Made by a program: the position numbers and the translations under genes. The notes beneath the pieces are model-generated. The model saw only the letters and a list, made by a program, of their open reading frames with translations. It was not told the origin of the DNA and searched no databases. From positions 32,650 through 96,649 of the forward strand of contig CAZWPQ010000001.1 in assembly GCA_964636085.1 (NCBI GenBank): a stretch of 64,000 nt of DNA, in the 5' to 3' direction. Origin of the DNA: an uncultured Nitrososphaerota archaeon. GTDB lineage: Archaea > Asgardarchaeota > Njordarchaeia > Njordarchaeales > Panguiarchaeaceae. Below are positions 59,590 to 64,000 of this stretch, piece after piece; position 1 is the stretch's first letter; the number at the start of each line of letters is the position of its first letter.

Positions 59590-59898
59590 ATGAAAGTACG
59601 ACATTTAATGTTACTCTCCATGATCTTAGCGATATCTATGTTCGTCTGTGGCCTCTCAGCACAAGAAACGGAAGGGAGATCTACAAGCGACACTAGTGGA
59701 CTGAAGTACATAGGTGCTGCACTAAGCGTAGGGCTGAGCTGCATTGGTGCAAGTTACGCCGTAGCCAAATCTGGTACTGCCGCTATGGGAGCGCTTACAG
59801 AGAAGCCAGAACTGTTTGGGAAGATAATAGCTATAGTTGGTCTGGCAGAGGGGATAGCCATCTACGGATTGCTAATAGCAATACTAATCGTTATCTAG
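59590..59898 (+). CDS. atpK: A/V-type ATPase proteolipid K (c), single hairpin with signal peptide
   Basis: IGAALSVGL, EKPELFGK, LAEGIAIYG. Confidence 0.95.
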   Translation: MKVRHLMLLSMILAISMFVCGLSAQETEGRSTSDTSGLKYIGAALSVGLSCIGASYAVAKSGTAAMGALTEKPELFGKIIAIVGLAEGIAIYGLLIAILIVI

Positions 59899-59912
59899 AC
59901 AAAAATTGTGGC

Positions 59913-60539
59913 TTAATCTTCATGTGTTTTTTTCCAAAGCCATATCCCATCATAGAAAACTCTTATATCTTTTCTATATCTACCTCTTAATTTACATACA
60001 TTCTCTAGAGCAGAACTTGTAAGCGAGACAGCCTCTATATCGCATCCTTTTATGTAGACCAAATCGGGAATCTCTGAATTTGGTTGATTTTCTACTTCTA
60101 TTTCTACATCACCAAAAATTGGCACTCTTAATGTATCCCTTCGCCCATAAAAACCTTTGATTAGTATCTGCTTGTTCTCTTTATCGACCTCAATTCTCAT
60201 TGGGAAATGTCTATATACTACTTTATGCACGTACACAAAACGTTTTTGAACCCCCTCTATCATTCTCCTTATCTTTGTTGTAGTGGTACCTAGGAACTTT
60301 GTTTCCTTCCTTTTATGAGCGCTACAGGCGATATACAATTTATTGCCATCTCGGATTATATATACTGGCATATGGCTAAAGTCTTTTTCGACGGATCCTT
60401 TGGGTCCGGATACCCTAACTACCTTGCCTCTAACTTCTACATCCACGTTTTCTGGTATTTCTATCTCCTCATATTCAATACCAGTAGCACCACTTCTTAT
60501 TGCCTCTAAAACCGCCTTCTCGCCTATCAGCAATTCCAT
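59913..60539 (-). CDS. rpl6: Ribosomal protein L6
   Basis: GPKG, HFPM, KDIRVFYDGI. Confidence 0.95.
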   Translation of the reverse strand: MELLIGEKAVLEAIRSGATGIEYEEIEIPENVDVEVRGKVVRVSGPKGSVEKDFSHMPVYIIRDGNKLYIACSAHKRKETKFLGTTTTKIRRMIEGVQKRFVYVHKVVYRHFPMRIEVDKENKQILIKGFYGRRDTLRVPIFGDVEIEVENQPNSEIPDLVYIKGCDIEAVSLTSSALENVCKLRGRYRKDIRVFYDGIWLWKKTHED

Positions 60540-60558
60540 ACCCCCTCACCATGAATAG

Positions 60559-60951
60559 CTAATATACGTATGCCACTAATCTACCACCAATTTTCTCCTT
60601 TTTGCACTCAATATGCGTTTTAACTCCTCTTGGCGTCGAAATTATAAGCAGACCCATTGTATATGCTGGTAAAAAATGCCTTTCCCACTTTTCTATCTCC
60701 CTCCATGTTGTTGCATATCTAGGTTTTATCACACCAATCTCATGAATTTTCCCTGCGAGTTCAACCCTTATGAACTCTTTCTTGTTTAGAATCATTGGCT
60801 TGAAATCCTTTATATATCCATGCTCTTTAAGGATCATCAATACAGCTTTTATTAGCTTATTAGCTGGAAATATGTAGACCTTACTTTTGCCAACCATTTC
60901 AGCATTCTTAATTGATGATAAAGCATTAGCAAGCGGATCCAATAGTACCAT
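60559..60951 (-). CDS. rps8: Ribosomal protein S8
   Basis: DPLANALS.I.NAE, GVIKPR, FLPA, IGGRLVAYVY. Confidence 0.97.
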   Translation of the reverse strand: MVLLDPLANALSSIKNAEMVGKSKVYIFPANKLIKAVLMILKEHGYIKDFKPMILNKKEFIRVELAGKIHEIGVIKPRYATTWREIEKWERHFLPAYTMGLLIISTPRGVKTHIECKKEKIGGRLVAYVY

Positions 60952-60957
60952 ATCGTA

Positions 60958-61182
60958 TCAGCTCCTATGAATGGAGGATTTCTTAAAACCAATTAGACTA
61001 TATACCTCCCTAAAACATCGTCGGCATATATATAGCCCGTACTTCCTAATGACGGCTTTTACAGTTCCACATCTTATACATGGCCTCGCACGCTTTGATT
61101 TTTTATCATATAACGCCTTCCTTATCTTGTATAGTCGCTTGAGTCTTGATCCCCTAAGGGAAAGTTGCTGTACCTCGCTCAT
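60958..61182 (-). CDS. rps14: Ribosomal protein S14 (Zn-binding, uS14)
   Basis: CIRCG...IRKYGLYICRRCFRE...GFKK. Confidence 0.93.
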   Translation of the reverse strand: MSEVQQLSLRGSRLKRLYKIRKALYDKKSKRARPCIRCGTVKAVIRKYGLYICRRCFREVYSLIGFKKSSIHRS

Positions 61183-61267
61183 TAGTCCACCCCTGCGAAG
61201 GATCTTCACTAAAATTGACAATTTAATTTATTTATGATTAAAAATCTTAAATCTTAACCAGCATGGT

Positions 61268-62299
61268 CTAAAACTCTACTCCCACTTCATTAGCTAATTT
61301 GATTAGTTCTTTCTTCGTCATTAAGTAGATGCCATACTTCGCCAACATCTCCCGCACATTCTTTTCCTCTACACCACTAAAGCCAATGAATATTAATGCA
61401 TGCAAATCAACCTTATTCTCCGACAGGAATCTATCCACGGAGCTCTTGAACTCATCTATTCTTTTTACATTAGCCGTACCAAGAGTTGCATATATAAAAG
61501 TAGTCTTACCGTCACTATGTGTACAGACAGCATCAATACGTTGTCCAGGCATTATTAGTGAGTATACTTCAACTACTGGCAATAGCTTTAACTCTCTTCC
61601 CTGGGCATCCTTTACCATTATTTCCTTATTTACTCTTTCCAGTATTTTACATATTAATGATCTAAACCTAGCTTGGGACATCATACCTAAGTTTCTAGCA
61701 ATTTTTACTGATAGTTTTCTCATAACCTCGTCTATCCGTCCATCTATGGTCGCATTATATGTTAATACACCATCAGGCGTAGAACATATGACCCCCCCTA
61801 TCACATCAACTTTGTCGCCTATTGTTAGTGTTATCTTTTTGCCTAGATCCTCCTCAAGCCTTGACTCTAGTTCTGCTTTATGTGTTTTAATAAACTCTAG
61901 GTCCCTACCGTTGGCATATACAACAACTTTTTCTTGGGCGGTCTCAGAAACTGCCTCCCTTAGTAGCGAGTATAGAATTTTTGTATAATCCCACCGCCTA
62001 TCCTTGCCATGTATTATATCCTGAATTCTCCTTATCAGTATTGTCCTAAGCTGTTTTAATTTCGCCTCTTTTAGCTTTATTTTATCCTCGATAAGTCTTC
62101 TCTTTTTCTCATCGATCATTTTGTTTAGCATTGTCTCCCTTATTATTCTTGCCTCTTTTTCGGCGATTTCGTATGCTTTTCTTTCTGCCTCCTTAACTAT
62201 TTTTTCGGCCTCTCTTCGTGCATTATCCAGTATTTCCTGTACTTGTTTTTCACCCTCCCTCATTATAGTCTCTATTAGGGCCTCATATTCACTCAACAA
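61268..62299 (-). CDS. atpE: A/V-type ATPase subunit E with fused C-terminal domain
   Basis: N-terminal coiled coil, IGGVI...DG..TYNATIDGR; about 138 extra C-terminal aa. Confidence 0.85.
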   Translation of the reverse strand: MLSEYEALIETIMREGEKQVQEILDNARREAEKIVKEAERKAYEIAEKEARIIRETMLNKMIDEKKRRLIEDKIKLKEAKLKQLRTILIRRIQDIIHGKDRRWDYTKILYSLLREAVSETAQEKVVVYANGRDLEFIKTHKAELESRLEEDLGKKITLTIGDKVDVIGGVICSTPDGVLTYNATIDGRIDEVMRKLSVKIARNLGMMSQARFRSLICKILERVNKEIMVKDAQGRELKLLPVVEVYSLIMPGQRIDAVCTHSDGKTTFIYATLGTANVKRIDEFKSSVDRFLSENKVDLHALIFIGFSGVEEKNVREMLAKYGIYLMTKKELIKLANEVGVEF

Positions 62300-62594
62300 C
62301 TATCACCCCCAATATTTCTTCGGCTAATTCCTCTATTTCCTCATCTGAGATCAAACTTAATCTCTCTAGTTCCTCGTCGTCCTCGGCTTCTTCACGCCAT
62401 TCCATCTCGATTTTTTTCTTGTATTCCTCCACCAACTTCTGCTTTATTCGCTCGATATTTTCCTCACTAAGAATTTCATTAGCACGAGCTCGTGCTTTTT
62501 CAATAATACTTTCCGCCTCTTTTTTGGCTTTTTGGATTCGCTCTCGAACATCCTTTTCTATCATTGCTATTTTTACAACTGCGCCTATGCTCAC
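62289..62594 (-). CDS. A/V-type ATPase subunit H/G (peripheral stalk)
   Basis: Coiled coil AKKEAESIIEKAR; overlaps the atpE start. Confidence 0.75.
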   Translation of the reverse strand: MSIGAVVKIAMIEKDVRERIQKAKKEAESIIEKARARANEILSEENIERIKQKLVEEYKKKIEMEWREEAEDDEELERLSLISDEEIEELAEEILGVIVVE

Positions 62595-62770
62595 TATACT
62601 GCACCATTAACATCCTCAATAATCAGAAAAACATAGGATTTAAACTGTTTGTATAAAAGTTAATTTTAACTACACCTTCAAATAACCTCAGTACTCTCGG
62701 ATACAGTTTGTGAATTATTAGAGTTTCTTTGTACTATATCTTAGGATATCGGTCTATGATGGGATGAATA

Positions 62771-63274
62771 TTGACCAAATTCATAGTTGATGAGATGCTT
62801 GGGAATATAGCTAGATGGCTTAGGATACTTGGCTTTGATACTCTTGCTGCCTCTGAATTACGAGAACACCCAAACGAGGATATCGATACAAAAATTCTGT
62901 TAATAGCACTTGATACTGGCAGAGTATTAGTAACTTCTGACATGGAATTGATAAAAAGAGCGAGGAACCTAGGCGTTAAAGTCATCCATGTCGATAATAA
63001 AGAAGGAGAAACTTGTATAGTCTTGAAAAAAATACTTACGAGTCTTAATGCTATGGATGAAGCTAGAAACAATAAGATGACTAGATGCCCAATCTGCAAT
63101 GGTTTGCTCCGCCACGCCAGCAGAAATGAAGCAAAAGGCCAAGTCCCTCAAAGGGTATACGAAACAACAAATAAATTCTGGGTCTGTACAAAATGTAATA
63201 AGTTTTATTGGATTGGATCGCATTTTAGAAACATTAGAAAAGTACTGACTTGTGTTTTGGGAGAGGATGATTAA
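62771..63274 (+). CDS. Mut7-C RNase domain protein (DUF82)
   Basis: FIVDEMLG..ARWLRILGFD, RCPICNG, C..C.K.YW.GSH. Confidence 0.92.
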   Translation: MTKFIVDEMLGNIARWLRILGFDTLAASELREHPNEDIDTKILLIALDTGRVLVTSDMELIKRARNLGVKVIHVDNKEGETCIVLKKILTSLNAMDEARNNKMTRCPICNGLLRHASRNEAKGQVPQRVYETTNKFWVCTKCNKFYWIGSHFRNIRKVLTCVLGEDD

Positions 63275-63276
63275 GT

Positions 63277-64000
63277 ATGGGGCTCCAATATTACATAGGC
63301 TGCTCTGGCTGGTGGTACAAGGATTGGGATGAGAGATTTTATCCCACAGGGTTATCGGAAAGTAAACGTTTGCCATTTTATTCTAAATACTTCAACACAA
63401 CGGAAGTCAATGTTACATTCTACAGAGTACCTCCCCGATCAACAGTTGAGAGTTGGGTTCGTCGCACCCCTAAAAATTTTATCTTTAGTGTTAAGATTCC
63501 CAAAGAAATTACACATGGAACACACATGCTATACGCTGAAAGACTAATCAATAAATTCCTCGATACGATAAACCCTCTGCAGAAGCATAACAAACTTGGT
63601 GCACTTCTCTTTCAGCTTCCTCCCGATTTTACCAAAACTAGAGGAACTTTTCAAAGACTTAAGGATTTCATAGATAAGCTACCAAAAACATATGAATATT
63701 CAGTAGAATTCCGTCACAAAAGCTGGTTATCGGATGAGGTTTTTAAATTACTTGAGGAATATGAAATCGCATATGTTATAGTTGATGAGCCATTATTACC
63801 ACCCATTGTTAAAGTAACAGCTGATTTTGCATATATACGGTTTCACGGACACGGTAGAAAGGTTTGGTACTATTATAACTACACACGACAACAACTAGAA
63901 AAATGGTGCGGGATTATTAGGAAAGAAATAGAGCCATCCGTCTCCAGGCTTTATATATACTTCAATAATCACTTTAGAGCTTTTGCACCCAAGAACGCCC
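63277..64000 (+). CDS. DUF72 family protein (3' end outside window)
   Basis: Not in ORF track; MGLQYYIGCSGWWYKDW...FYP, TEVN.TFY, LFQLPP, VEFRHKSW, YIRFHG, YIYFNN. Confidence 0.92.
   Translation, partial: MGLQYYIGCSGWWYKDWDERFYPTGLSESKRLPFYSKYFNTTEVNVTFYRVPPRSTVESWVRRTPKNFIFSVKIPKEITHGTHMLYAERLINKFLDTINPLQKHNKLGALLFQLPPDFTKTRGTFQRLKDFIDKLPKTYEYSVEFRHKSWLSDEVFKLLEEYEIAYVIVDEPLLPPIVKVTADFAYIRFHGHGRKVWYYYNYTRQQLEKWCGIIRKEIEPSVSRLYIYFNNHFRAFAPKNA

Noticed and set aside
63329-63547. 72-aa ORF
   Set aside because: Alternate frame within the DUF72 gene

Overview
Gene-dense, AT-rich archaeal chromosomal window, with no transposase, integrase, CRISPR array or rRNA gene recognised. It is mostly housekeeping: translation (rpl15e, rpl21e, rpl30e, rpl31e, rpl39e, rpl44e, rps19e, rps14-rps8-rpl6, aIF2-gamma, pheT, map), tRNA/rRNA modification (Cbf5, Taw2, Taw3, TrmG10, TrmJ, RlmD-like, METTL5, Cgi121, THUMP), DNA repair (ligase, XPD, RNase HII, AGT-EndoV fusion), a fragmented A/V-type ATPase cluster, three tRNAs (two with introns) and one C/D-box sRNA. 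A histone, SepF, an actin-fold ATPase and a Rag-like GTPase suggest an Asgard or Asgard-like archaeon (inference). Most notable: (1) a two-gene unit at 42229-43980 pairing a Rag/Gtr-type GTPase-roadblock protein with an NPRL2/folliculin-like longin protein that keeps a candidate arginine finger, i.e. a possible minimal archaeal Rag-GAP switch; (2) a ParM-like actin facing a cdc48 operon with an RHH/acidic-tail protein and a membrane protein; (3) ATPase subunit E fused to a degenerate nuclease-fold domain; (4) a NurA-less HerA/FtsK ATPase with a Pro-rich linker and winged helix abutting sepF. All family calls come from motif recognition by eye; no database search was run. Some starts were moved from the ORF track to the codon best supported by a ribosome-binding site.
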